A DNA stretch of 64,000 nucleotides, from the sequence record NC_054911.1, one strand, 5' to 3'. Origin of the DNA: Escherichia phage ECO4. This document shows positions 17,413-27,594 of this stretch, in pieces; positions within the stretch are counted from its first letter, which is position 1; each line of letters starts with the position of its first letter. A program made the translations under genes and the position numbers. The notes under the pieces were generated by a model, which worked only from the letters and a program-made list of their open reading frames with translations, did no database searches and was not told where the DNA came from.

Positions 17413-17422
17413 TAAATTAAAT

Positions 17423-17496
<74 letters not shown>

Positions 17497-17501
17497 AAAT
17501 T

Positions 17502-17588
17502 TGGTGCGAGAAGTGGGACTCGAACCCACAAGGAAATCATTCCGCAGCATTTTAAGTGCTGTGCCTTTACCAATTTGACCATTCTCGC
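17502..17588 (-). tRNA. tRNA-Leu (anticodon TAA), type II, CCA encoded
   Basis: Manual fold; anticodon loop CTTAAAA. Confidence 0.8.
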
Positions 17589-17589
17589 G

Positions 17590-17662
17590 CTGGGAATAAA
17601 GGACTCGAACCTTTGCATCCTGGAATCAAAATCCAGTGCCTTACCAACTTGGCTAATTCCCA
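17590..17662 (-). tRNA. tRNA-Gln (anticodon TTG), CCA not fully encoded
   Basis: Manual fold; anticodon loop TTTTGAT. Confidence 0.8.
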
Positions 17663-17759
17663 ATTATTAACAAAGGCTCTCTAACAAGAACCCTTGATGA
17701 TAGAGGGTATTAATCAGTGCGGTATGAGTTAATAATAACAAATAATTCTTAAAGCATAT

Positions 17760-18053
17760 TTACCATTTATGATAATACATATTTACGATGCATTCAAGAC
17801 CCAAAGGATTCTTGAAAATATCATATTCAAGAGGACCTTTTTCTGTTTCAATAAAGAAATCAAAATTTACTGTATTAAATTTACGGTCTTCCTTCACTAA
17901 TTTAACTTGTGAAGATGAACGGTCAATGTAAACCTTTTCAACTTCAAAATATGTTAAAATGCCATAATCATCAATCAAGGCTTTAGCCGCGTCTTGATCA
18001 TATTTATATCCATTTTCAATGGATGATACTTTCGCATAAAGAATCATTATCAA
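17760..18053 (-). CDS. hypothetical protein, 97 aa
   Basis: ORF track. Confidence 0.45.
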   Translation of the reverse strand: MIMILYAKVSSIENGYKYDQDAAKALIDDYGILTYFEVEKVYIDRSSSQVKLVKEDRKFNTVNFDFFIETEKGPLEYDIFKNPLGLECIVNMYYHKW

Positions 18054-18472
18054 CCTTCATCAACAATAGTGTGCGTATTGGCATTTACAATTTGCCACCA
18101 ATCAAAGCGATTAGAACCATAATCTAGTTTGTTTTCATTTTCTTTGATAATGTCACGGAGTTCATCTTCGGTAGCGGCTTTCGCTATTAAATCAGCATAT
18201 CCACCACGAGGATAATAATTATCACCTGCAAAAAGTAAAAAGTTTGGTTTAATGTTATTGAACTCTTCAAGAGTAATAACTTTTCCTAGTGGTAGTTGAA
18301 CAATCTCTACATATTTATATCCTAATTTTTGAGCAGCATCTACTGCTTCAAGCAAAGTATCATGAGCCCATCCAATTTGACAACCTGGCTTTTCCGATGG
18401 ATTAGCCTGATAATCCGCATACACTTTGTACATTCTATTCACCTTTAGAAATTTTATCCATAACGATAGCAA
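18050..18472 (-). CDS. hypothetical protein, 140 aa
   Basis: ORF track. Confidence 0.5.
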   Translation of the reverse strand: MLSLWIKFLKVNRMYKVYADYQANPSEKPGCQIGWAHDTLLEAVDAAQKLGYKYVEIVQLPLGKVITLEEFNNIKPNFLLFAGDNYYPRGGYADLIAKAATEDELRDIIKENENKLDYGSNRFDWWQIVNANTHTIVDEG

Positions 18473-18620
18473 TTAAACCAATTAAAAATGCTACTACAAG
18501 TGAAAACACATTTTCTGCTGTAGTCAATAATCCGCATATAAATCCAACAAACATTGAAAAACTAAAAGCGGAAGCAGAAATTGCAATAGCAACATTTCGA
18601 ATTAATTCACAACGTTTCAT
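18435..18620 (-). CDS. small membrane protein, 61 aa
   Basis: ORF track; ATG at 18618-18620 downstream of an early promoter. Confidence 0.4.
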   Translation of the reverse strand: MKRCELIRNVAIAISASAFSFSMFVGFICGLLTTAENVFSLVVAFLIGLIAIVMDKISKGE

Positions 18621-18648
18621 TTTATTCTCCTCAGTAGTTGATAGGGTA

Positions 18649-18678
18649 ATAGTATCACAACTAAAACCCTATGTAAAC
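18649..18678 (-). promoter_or_regulatory. T4-type early promoter (-35 GTTTAC, 18-nt spacer, -10 TACTAT with TGa extension)
   Basis: Read directly. Confidence 0.6.
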
Positions 18679-18696
18679 AACTTTGTGAAAAATTTA

Positions 18697-18981
18697 TTAC
18701 AAAAGATTTTTAGCAATAATTTTAAGCTGAGCTACTGAAATATGCTTGGCTTTAAACAAAGCAGTTTCTTCAGCAGGTGAGATAACGATTGTAGCACCAT
18801 CTTTCTTAGCGGACCATCCATCACCCAGGTAAACAGTACCTTTGACTTCTTCGCCATCAACCAGGCTAATCATCGGTTTACCTTCACGTCCTTTGTTTGC
18901 TTTAATAACTTCAGAAGTAAGGGTCGCTTCAGTCAAAGTAGAAGCGTTAGTCGTTGAAGTGAATTCTTGATAAGTTTTCAT
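18697..18981 (-). CDS. ipI: internal protein I (packaged head protein)
   Basis: 94 aa; capsid-targeting leader MKTYQEF; position between the tRNA array and 57B as in T4. Confidence 0.8.
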   Translation of the reverse strand: MKTYQEFTSTTNASTLTEATLTSEVIKANKGREGKPMISLVDGEEVKGTVYLGDGWSAKKDGATIVISPAEETALFKAKHISVAQLKIIAKNLL

Positions 18982-19016
18982 TTTATTTTCCTAAATTAAT
19001 AAATGTGTTGATGGAG

Positions 19017-19046
19017 ATAATATCACTTCTCCATCATCGTGTAAAC
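19017..19046 (-). promoter_or_regulatory. T4-type early promoter (-35 GTTTAC, 18-nt spacer, -10 TATTAT with TGa extension)
   Basis: Read directly; upstream of ipI. Confidence 0.6.
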
Positions 19047-19063
19047 AACTTTGTGAAATTATT

Positions 19064-19742
<679 letters not shown>

Positions 19743-19743
<1 letters not shown>

Positions 19744-20468
19744 TATAGTACCTTTAGTGTATTTTTAATTTTAGAAAAAAGTTCTTCAAGAGAACCATCG
19801 TTTGTAATTACTAAATCACCATCACGAATTGGCAATCCAGCTTCTGTAATATGTGTATCATTGGATTTTTGACCAGGACGAACTACATGAATTACTGTAG
19901 CACCCATCGCCCTAGCCGCATCCATTTCATGATCTTGACGGGTATCAGGAACGATATAATAATCATAACCTGAGTTAAATTTATCAAGATAATCTAAAGC
20001 AAATAATTTTACCCAGTACATGCGGTCGAAGTTATTAACAATCAAATCCGTACCTAGGGCTTGCATCAGACGACGGACTGACCATTGATCTTCAATATTA
20101 TTTATAACGTCAATAATCTTGTTAAATGCTACGGAATTAACTGATTCTTGTCCTTCGTCATCAAAAACAAACACACCCTTAATTGGGCTTTTACCATTAA
20201 GATAGCAAAATGCTTGTTCCATAATCGTAATTACTTCTAATTTAGTCAGATTTAAATTAGTTTCACGATCATAGTCAATTCCTTCAAACTCTTTACGAGT
20301 TAAACAAGGATAGTCAGTGTTTGCTGCAAATACACCCCATGCATAAGCCAATGCATCCTTAATAGGACCAGCAAGTTGGTATTTAACTGCAGAATAATTG
20401 CTCATGATAAAATCAGCAGTAGTATCTTTTCCACTACGCTTTACACCGCTTAAAAAGATTAGTTTCAT
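19743..20468 (-). CDS. 1: deoxynucleoside monophosphate kinase
   Basis: 241 aa from ATG at 20466-20468 with GAGGAG SD; P-loop GVKRSGKDT. Confidence 0.85.
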
Positions 20469-20517
20469 GTGTTTCTCCTCAAATTTAATTAAGATTATAA
20501 CACACAAAACTGAAGCA

Positions 20518-21048
20518 TTAAACTTCCGCTATAATTTTTCCATCTTTTTCTACTTGAAAATAGGTGTAAGGAATCGTTGCAGTACATACTAAAGCCGGGT
20601 CTGAATCTTCTGTGTAGCTAAATTCTACTTCAGATAGGTCAGAAACCCAAGGCTTATAAAAATTTATTGACATCACGATTTCAGTTTTGCTATTATCTAA
20701 GATGTAAAGCGTAATGTACTCAGGACCTGTTTTTTGGGCAGTATTTTCACCTGTAAGATAGTTGCTAGTTCCTAACATCCATTCATACATTCCTATCCAC
20801 GACTTAAGTTCTTCATCAACTATAAATCTCACAATGAGTGGATCATACTCAAATGTAACACCTGGACGTTGTGCTCGGCCCAGTCCAAACGGCCCAGTCA
20901 CGGTATCAGTAACAGGTATCCTAATTCCCGGAATAGGAACTGACTGAGCATTTAAAGTAAAAGCAGATGTAGTATTACTATGCGGTATTGATACTACAAA
21001 GTTAGTTGTATTTGCTTGGTTAAAAATTTGTTGTAGTGCTTGCGACAT
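20518..21048 (-). CDS. 3: gp3 tail completion / sheath terminator protein
   Basis: 176 aa from the ATG with SD, equals T4 gp3 length. Confidence 0.8.
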   Translation of the reverse strand: MSQALQQIFNQANTTNFVVSIPHSNTTSAFTLNAQSVPIPGIRIPVTDTVTGPFGLGRAQRPGVTFEYDPLIVRFIVDEELKSWIGMYEWMLGTSNYLTGENTAQKTGPEYITLYILDNSKTEIVMSINFYKPWVSDLSEVEFSYTEDSDPALVCTATIPYTYFQVEKDGKIIAEV

Positions 21049-21154
21049 ATATTCCTCATAATGCTTCATAAATGTTGGTGGTATAATGGGTCTAAGTCCC
21101 TTCCATTCAATTCCAATTAGAACAAACAACAGAAAAGAATGGAAGATAATAGAA

Positions 21155-21979
21155 TTAGATATTTGACCAGACTTTGTTTGCAGAGAAACGTTTTCCTTTT
21201 GAAACGAACTGCTGAAGTGGCATCAACACAACGTTCGCCCAGTCTTTCGGGGCGATTTCAACGAGGCTACCCATAATATTACCGGGTATATATGCCTTAA
21301 TCATTTGATCTGCACCCCTAAATCCTTTCACTTGACTCCAATCAATTTTTAATTTCGTTTTATTAGTAATAGTAGGTGTATTTGAATATTGCTTTAAAAG
21401 CTCTTCTAGAAATTGCTGACGAGCTTTAGGTGGAATATAGTGCAAGTTCAATCCGTACATTAAATTATGCTTACCTAAACCAAGGTAAATTATCAAAGGA
21501 AATTTATCCCAGTAAGGAAGAGTTTCCTTGTGTTTAGCATCATAAGCAAAAGCATATATTCGTCCCGGCTGCGGGCGAACAACTTTATGTCCTTTTACTT
21601 GCTTAATAGTTTCAGCAAACCATTTTCTGGTTTTATTATTAATTGCTGCACCTTCATTACGAATTTTATCGCGCAATGTTTGTCTGAATGAATTTATCAT
21701 AAGCAGTTGTCTTTCTTGCTTATTGAGTTTATTCATTGGTTTTGATTCAAGCTTTTGAATCTTTTCAGCTGTTTTAATTCCTGAAGCATATTTTGACATT
21801 GCCGAAGTAAACGTAGAGTATTTGATTCCTCTTTCTTCAGCAAATTGCTTTCCTGTCATTCCTTTTGCTTTGGCCTTTTTGTATTCAAGACCTATCTGAA
21901 TCCATTTCTTTTCGTTTAATGATTGCTTAACCTTTGGAACTTGGGGAGTACTTTCATTAATTATTTGAAAAATAGCCAT
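21155..21979 (-). CDS. 2: gp2 DNA end-protector protein
   Basis: 274 aa; position between genes 3 and 4. Confidence 0.8.
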   Translation of the reverse strand: MAIFQIINESTPQVPKVKQSLNEKKWIQIGLEYKKAKAKGMTGKQFAEERGIKYSTFTSAMSKYASGIKTAEKIQKLESKPMNKLNKQERQLLMINSFRQTLRDKIRNEGAAINNKTRKWFAETIKQVKGHKVVRPQPGRIYAFAYDAKHKETLPYWDKFPLIIYLGLGKHNLMYGLNLHYIPPKARQQFLEELLKQYSNTPTITNKTKLKIDWSQVKGFRGADQMIKAYIPGNIMGSLVEIAPKDWANVVLMPLQQFVSKGKRFSANKVWSNI

Positions 21980-22431
21980 TATGCCCCCTTAAAGCCAAGA
22001 GCTCGTAATCCATCTTCTGTTAGAATTCTAAATTTTATTCCACGCTTTTCAGCTAAAGCTTGCGCTGCTTTCCATTTGTCAGTATTAACGGAATATGTAT
22101 AAATTTCATTCATAAATCTTTTCTTCGCTGCAGTTGTTAGATGTGCTGGTTTAACTGGTGGTTGTGTTTCTTTTTTAGGTTTTATTTCAATAAAAAATTC
22201 TTGCCCAGAAGAATCTTTCATCCAAATATCCATGAAGTATCTACGTTTTTTCCCTTCTGCATTACAAAAATAAGGAATTACTGCTGTTTCACTACCCCAT
22301 GCAATAATTTCTGGATTTTTATCTAACCATTCAAAAAAGAATTTTTCCCAATTTGATCTATACGTAATTTTTTTAGGGTCACCTCTATATTTTGATATAT
22401 TTTTAGGAACCCATTTTCCAGAATATGCCAT
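21979..22431 (-). CDS. 4: gp4 head completion protein
   Basis: 150 aa; position. Confidence 0.8.
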   Translation of the reverse strand: MAYSGKWVPKNISKYRGDPKKITYRSNWEKFFFEWLDKNPEIIAWGSETAVIPYFCNAEGKKRRYFMDIWMKDSSGQEFFIEIKPKKETQPPVKPAHLTTAAKKRFMNEIYTYSVNTDKWKAAQALAEKRGIKFRILTEDGLRALGFKGA

Positions 22432-22442
22432 TGGATTCTCCT

Positions 22443-22450
22443 TATAAATA
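22443..22450 (+). promoter_or_regulatory. T4-type late promoter TATAAATA (gene 53)
   Basis: Exact TATAAATA 29 nt before the ATG. Confidence 0.6.
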
Positions 22451-22457
22451 GATAATA

Positions 22458-22465
22458 TATTTATA
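22458..22465 (-). promoter_or_regulatory. T4-type late promoter TATAAATA on the minus strand (gene 4), divergent from the gene 53 promoter
   Basis: Plus strand TATTTATA; 27 nt upstream of the gene 4 ATG. Confidence 0.5.
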
Positions 22466-22478
22466 AACAGGAGGGCCC

Positions 22479-23069
22479 ATGCTCTTTACATTTTTTGATC
22501 CGATTGAATATGCGGCCAAAACGGTGAATAAAAACGCGCCGACTATTCCTATGACAGATATTTTTAGAAACTATAAAGACTATTTCAAACGCGCTCTTGC
22601 GGGATATCGCTTACGCACTTACTATATCAAAGGTTCACCACGCCCGGAAGAATTAGCAAATGCTATATATGGAAATCCACAGCTGTATTGGGTTTTATTG
22701 ATGTGTAATGATAATTATGATCCATATTATGGATGGATTACTTCGCAAGAAGCTGCTTATCAAGCATCTATACAAAAATACAAAAACGTAGGTGGAGACC
22801 AAATAGTATATCATGTGAATGAGAACGGTGAAAAATTTTACAATTTAATATCATACGATGATAATCCATATGTTTGGTATGATAAAGGCGATAAAGCTAG
22901 AAAATATCCTCAATATGAAGGAGCGCTTGCTGCGGTCGATACGTATGAAGCGGCTGTTCTTGAAAATGAAAAACTTCGTCAAATAAAAATAATAGCAAAA
23001 TCAGACATCAATTCATTTATGAACGACCTTATACGTATAATGGAGAAATCTTATGGAAATGATAAGTAA
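22479..23069 (+). CDS. 53: gp53 baseplate wedge protein
   Basis: 196 aa; position before gene 5. Confidence 0.85.
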   Translation: MLFTFFDPIEYAAKTVNKNAPTIPMTDIFRNYKDYFKRALAGYRLRTYYIKGSPRPEELANAIYGNPQLYWVLLMCNDNYDPYYGWITSQEAAYQASIQKYKNVGGDQIVYHVNENGEKFYNLISYDDNPYVWYDKGDKARKYPQYEGALAAVDTYEAAVLENEKLRQIKIIAKSDINSFMNDLIRIMEKSYGNDK

Positions 23070-24780
23070 TAACCTTAATTGGTTTGTTGGTGTTGTTGAA
23101 GATAGAATGGACCCATTAAAATTAGGTCGTGTTCGTGTTCGTGTGGTTGGTCTGCATCCACCTCAAAGAGCACAAGGCGATGTAATGGGTATTCCAACTG
23201 AAAAATTACCATGGATGTCAGTTATTCAACCTATAACTTCTGCAGCAATGTCTGGAATTGGAGGTTCTGTTACTGGACCGGTAGAAGGAACTAGAGTTTA
23301 TGGTCATTTTTTAGACAAATGGAAAACTAACGGAATTGTCCTTGGCACGTATGGTGGAATAGTTCGCGAAAAACCGAATAGACTTGAAGGATTTTCTGAC
23401 CCAACTGGGCAATATCCTAGACGTTTAGGAAATGATACTAATGTATTAAACCAAGGCGGAGAAGTAGGATATGATTCGTCTTCTAACATTATCCAAGATA
23501 GTAACTTAGACACTGCAATAAATCCCGATGATAGACCACTATCAGAGATTCCAACCGATGATAATCCAAATATGTCAATGGCTGACATGCTTCGCCGTGA
23601 TGAAGGATTAAGACTAAAAGTTTATTGGGATACTGAAGGATATCCGACAATTGGTATTGGTCATCTTATCATGAAGCAGCCAGTTCGTGATATGGCTCAA
23701 ATTAATAAAGTTTTATCAAAACAAGTTGGTCGTGAAATTACTGGAAACCCAGGTTCTATTACGATGGAAGAGGCGACGACTTTATTTGAACGTGATTTGG
23801 CTGATATGCAACGGGACATTAAATCACATTCTAAAGTAGGACCAGTCTGGCAAGCTGTCAACCGTTCTCGTCAAATGGCGTTAGAAAATATGGCATTTCA
23901 AATGGGTGTTGGCGGTGTAGCTAAATTTAACACAATGTTAACTGCTATGTTAGCCGGAGATTGGGAAAAAGCATATAAAGCCGGTCGTGATTCATTGTGG
24001 TATCAACAAACAAAAGGCCGTGCATCCCGTGTTACCATGATTATTCTTACGGGGAATTTGGAATCATATGGTGTTGAAGTGAAAACCCCAGCTAGGTCTC
24101 TATCAGCAATGGCTGCTACTGTAGCTAAATCTTCTGACCCGGCTGACCCTCCTATTCCAAATGACTCGAGAATTTTATTCAAAGAACCAGTTTCTTCATA
24201 TAAAGGTGAATATCCTTATGTGCATACAATGGAAACTGAAAGCGGACATATTCAGGAATTTGATGATACTCCTGGACAAGAACGATACAGATTAGTTCAT
24301 CCGACTGGAACTTATGAAGAAGTATCACCGTCAGGAAGAAGAACAAGAAAAACTGTCGATAATTTGTATGATATAACCAACGCTGATGGTAATTTTTTGG
24401 TAGCCGGTGATAAAAAGACTAACGTCGGTGGATCAGAAATTTATTACAACATGGATAATCGTCTTCACCAGATAGATGGAAGCAATACAATATTTGTACG
24501 TGGCGACGAAACGAAAACTGTTGAAGGAAATGGAACTATCCTAGTTAAAGGTAATGTTACTATTGTAGTTGAAGGTAATGCTGACATTACAGTTAAAGGA
24601 GATGCTACCACTTTAGTTGAAGGAAATCAAACTAACACAGTAAATGGAAATCTTTCTTGGAAAGTTGCTGGGACAGTTGATTGGGACGTTGGTGGTGATT
24701 GGACAGAAAAAATGGCATCTATGAGTTCTATTTCATCTGGTCAATACACAATTGATGGATCGAGGATTGACATTGGCTAA
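23053..24780 (+). CDS. 5: gp5 baseplate hub / tail-associated lysozyme (cell-puncturing device)
   Basis: 575 aa; internal lysozyme domain (DEGLRLKVYWDTEGYPTIGIGHL); C-terminal VxGxxxxx beta-helix repeats. Confidence 0.95.
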   Translation: MEMISNNLNWFVGVVEDRMDPLKLGRVRVRVVGLHPPQRAQGDVMGIPTEKLPWMSVIQPITSAAMSGIGGSVTGPVEGTRVYGHFLDKWKTNGIVLGTYGGIVREKPNRLEGFSDPTGQYPRRLGNDTNVLNQGGEVGYDSSSNIIQDSNLDTAINPDDRPLSEIPTDDNPNMSMADMLRRDEGLRLKVYWDTEGYPTIGIGHLIMKQPVRDMAQINKVLSKQVGREITGNPGSITMEEATTLFERDLADMQRDIKSHSKVGPVWQAVNRSRQMALENMAFQMGVGGVAKFNTMLTAMLAGDWEKAYKAGRDSLWYQQTKGRASRVTMIILTGNLESYGVEVKTPARSLSAMAATVAKSSDPADPPIPNDSRILFKEPVSSYKGEYPYVHTMETESGHIQEFDDTPGQERYRLVHPTGTYEEVSPSGRRTRKTVDNLYDITNADGNFLVAGDKKTNVGGSEIYYNMDNRLHQIDGSNTIFVRGDETKTVEGNGTILVKGNVTIVVEGNADITVKGDATTLVEGNQTNTVNGNLSWKVAGTVDWDVGGDWTEKMASMSSISSGQYTIDGSRIDIG

Positions 24781-24814
24781 TATACTTCCAATGAGCGCTG
24801 ATTTAGGAGAATCC

Positions 24815-25309
24815 ATGGAAGGTTCTTCTATCGACGTCACCTTTACCGCTCAATTAGAAACAGGTGAAACGTTAGTATCTATAAATATAACTAGTTACGA
24901 AGAAACTCCTGGGGTTTTAGTAGAAGAAAATCGCTTATACGGAACATATGAATCTGTGTTTGGATTTGGAAATGACGCGTTGAAATATCGTTTAGGCGAT
25001 GAATTTAAAACTGCTGCTTCATGGGAAGAACTTCCTACTGATTCTGATACTCAGTTGTATTTATGGAAAGCTCCTCAAAACCTCCAGAAGACATTCACTT
25101 ACGAAGTAACATTAATATATGACTACCAAGAACAAAGTGAATCTGGAGGTTCTGGCAGTAATTCTAGGTCATCTTCTGATACTACTGAACCGACAGATCC
25201 TCCTGCTCCAGTAAGAAAAACTCTCGTTAAAAATTATACTAAAACTATAGTTGGAAATTGGAGTCGTTGGGCTAATAAATTAAGAAGCTATGTGTATGAG
25301 AGGTCATAG
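24815..25309 (+). CDS. 5.1: gp5.1-like hypothetical protein (start uncertain)
   Basis: Track ORF trimmed to the ATG preceded by AGGAG. Confidence 0.5.
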   Translation: MEGSSIDVTFTAQLETGETLVSINITSYEETPGVLVEENRLYGTYESVFGFGNDALKYRLGDEFKTAASWEELPTDSDTQLYLWKAPQNLQKTFTYEVTLIYDYQEQSESGGSGSNSRSSSDTTEPTDPPAPVRKTLVKNYTKTIVGNWSRWANKLRSYVYERS

Positions 25310-25603
25310 ATGTCAGGATTAAGTTATGATAAGTGTGTTACTGCCGGCCATGAAGCATGGCCTCCAACAGTTGTGAATGCTACACAAAGTAAAGTATTCA
25401 CTGGAGGAATTGCTGTTCTCGTAGCAGGTGATCCAATTACAGAACATACAGAAATTAAAAAGCCATATGAAACACATGGCGGAGTGACACAACCTAGAAC
25501 TTCTAAGGTATATGTCACTGGAAAGAAAGCGGTTCAAATGGCTGATCAAATATCATGCGGTGATACTGTGGCTCAGGCATCATCTAAAGTATTCATTAAA
25601 TAG
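25310..25603 (+). CDS. 5.4: gp5.4 PAAR-like spike tip protein
   Basis: 97 aa; position after gene 5. Confidence 0.7.
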   Translation: MSGLSYDKCVTAGHEAWPPTVVNATQSKVFTGGIAVLVAGDPITEHTEIKKPYETHGGVTQPRTSKVYVTGKKAVQMADQISCGDTVAQASSKVFIK

Positions 25604-25611
25604 GATTTAAA

Positions 25612-27594
25612 ATGGCAAATACCCCTGTAAATTATCAATTAACAAGAACAGCAAATGCTATTCCCGAGATATTCGTCGGGGGTACGTTTGCTGAAATAAA
25701 ACAAAACCTCATTGAATGGCTTAATGGCCAAAATGAATTTTTGGATTATGATTTTGAAGGCTCAAGATTAAACGTTCTGTGTGACCTTTTAGCTTATAAT
25801 ACATTGTACATTCAACAGTTTGGTAATGCTGCTGTGTATGAAAGCTTTATGCGTACTGCTAACTTACGAAGTTCAGTTGTTCAAGCTGCACAAGATAACG
25901 GATATTTACCTACTTCAAAATCCGCTGCGCAGACCGAAATTATGTTAACATGCACCGACGCATTGAATAGGAATTACATTACTATTCCTCGCGGAACTCG
26001 CTTTTTAGCATATGCAAAAGATACTTCTGTTAATCCATATAACTTCGTTTCTACCGAAGACGTTATTGCTATTCGTGATAAAAATAACCAATATTTTCCG
26101 CGTTTAAAATTGGCCCAGGGACGTATAGTAAGAACTGAAATCATTTATGATAAATTAACACCTATTATCATTTATGATAAAAATATTGATAGAAACCAGG
26201 TTAAATTATACGTTGATGGAGCAGAATGGATTAACTGGACAAGAAAGTCAATGGTTCATGCTGGTTCTACATCAACAATTTACTACATGCGTGAAACTAT
26301 TGATGGAAATACTGAATTCTATTTTGGTGAAGGTGAAATTTCTGTTAATGCTTCTGAAGGAGCTTTGACCGCTAATTATATCGGAGGTCTTAAACCTACT
26401 CAGAACTCTACGATTGTTATTGAGTACATCAGTACTAATGGTGCTGACGCGAACGGAGCAGTCGGATTTTCATACGCAGATACATTAACAAATATAACTG
26501 TCATCAATATTAATGAAAATCCAAACGATGACCCAGATTTTGTTGGGGCAGATGGCGGCGGTGATCCAGAAGATATTGAGCGTATTCGCGAATTGGGTAC
26601 TATTAAACGCGAAACCCAGCAACGCTGCGTAACTGCAACCGACTATGATACATTCGTCTCAGAAAGATTCGGTTCTATTATTCAAGCGGTTCAGACTTTC
26701 ACTGATTCTACTAAACCTGGTTATGCATTTATTGCTGCTAAACCTAAATCAGGACTATATTTAACTACTGTACAACGTGAAGATATTAAAAATTATCTCA
26801 AAGATTATAATTTAGCTCCTATTACACCATCAATTATTTCTCCTAATTATCTTTTTGTTAAGACTAATTTAAAAGTCACATATGCTTTAAATAAGCTGCA
26901 AGAATCAGAACAGTGGCTAGAAGGTCAAATAATTGATAAAATTGATCGTTATTATACCGAAGACGTAGAAATTTTTAATTCATCTTTCGCTAAATCTAAG
27001 ATGTTGACATATGTAGATGATGCAGATCATTCTATTATTGGCTCATCGGCGACAATTCAGATGGTACGTGAAGTACAAAACTTCTATAAAACGCCTGAAG
27101 CGGGTATTAAATACAATAATCAAATAAAAGATCGTTCTATGGAATCTAATACGTTTTCATTTAATTCTGGACGAAAGGTTGTAAATCCTGATACTGGTTT
27201 AGAAGAAGATGTATTATATGACGTTCGTATAGTATCAACAGACCGAGATTCTAAAGGAATTGGTAAAGTTATTATTGGTCCATTTGCTTCTGGCGATGTT
27301 ACAGAAAATGAAAACATTCAGCCGTATACAGGCAACGATTTTAATAAATTAGCAAATTCTGATGGACGCGACAAATACTATGCTATCGGTGAAATAAATT
27401 ATCCAGCTGACATGATTTATTGGAATATCGCTAAAATTAATTTAACATCCGATAAATTTGAGGTTCAGACTATTGAGCTATATTCTGATCCAATAGACGA
27501 TGTTATCTTTACTCGCGATGGTTCACTGATTGTATTTGAAAATGATTTACGTCCACAATACTTAACTATCGATTTGGAGCCTATATCACAATGA
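25612..27594 (+). CDS. 6: gp6 baseplate wedge protein
   Basis: 660 aa; position. Confidence 0.9.
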   Translation: MANTPVNYQLTRTANAIPEIFVGGTFAEIKQNLIEWLNGQNEFLDYDFEGSRLNVLCDLLAYNTLYIQQFGNAAVYESFMRTANLRSSVVQAAQDNGYLPTSKSAAQTEIMLTCTDALNRNYITIPRGTRFLAYAKDTSVNPYNFVSTEDVIAIRDKNNQYFPRLKLAQGRIVRTEIIYDKLTPIIIYDKNIDRNQVKLYVDGAEWINWTRKSMVHAGSTSTIYYMRETIDGNTEFYFGEGEISVNASEGALTANYIGGLKPTQNSTIVIEYISTNGADANGAVGFSYADTLTNITVININENPNDDPDFVGADGGGDPEDIERIRELGTIKRETQQRCVTATDYDTFVSERFGSIIQAVQTFTDSTKPGYAFIAAKPKSGLYLTTVQREDIKNYLKDYNLAPITPSIISPNYLFVKTNLKVTYALNKLQESEQWLEGQIIDKIDRYYTEDVEIFNSSFAKSKMLTYVDDADHSIIGSSATIQMVREVQNFYKTPEAGIKYNNQIKDRSMESNTFSFNSGRKVVNPDTGLEEDVLYDVRIVSTDRDSKGIGKVIIGPFASGDVTENENIQPYTGNDFNKLANSDGRDKYYAIGEINYPADMIYWNIAKINLTSDKFEVQTIELYSDPIDDVIFTRDGSLIVFENDLRPQYLTIDLEPISQ

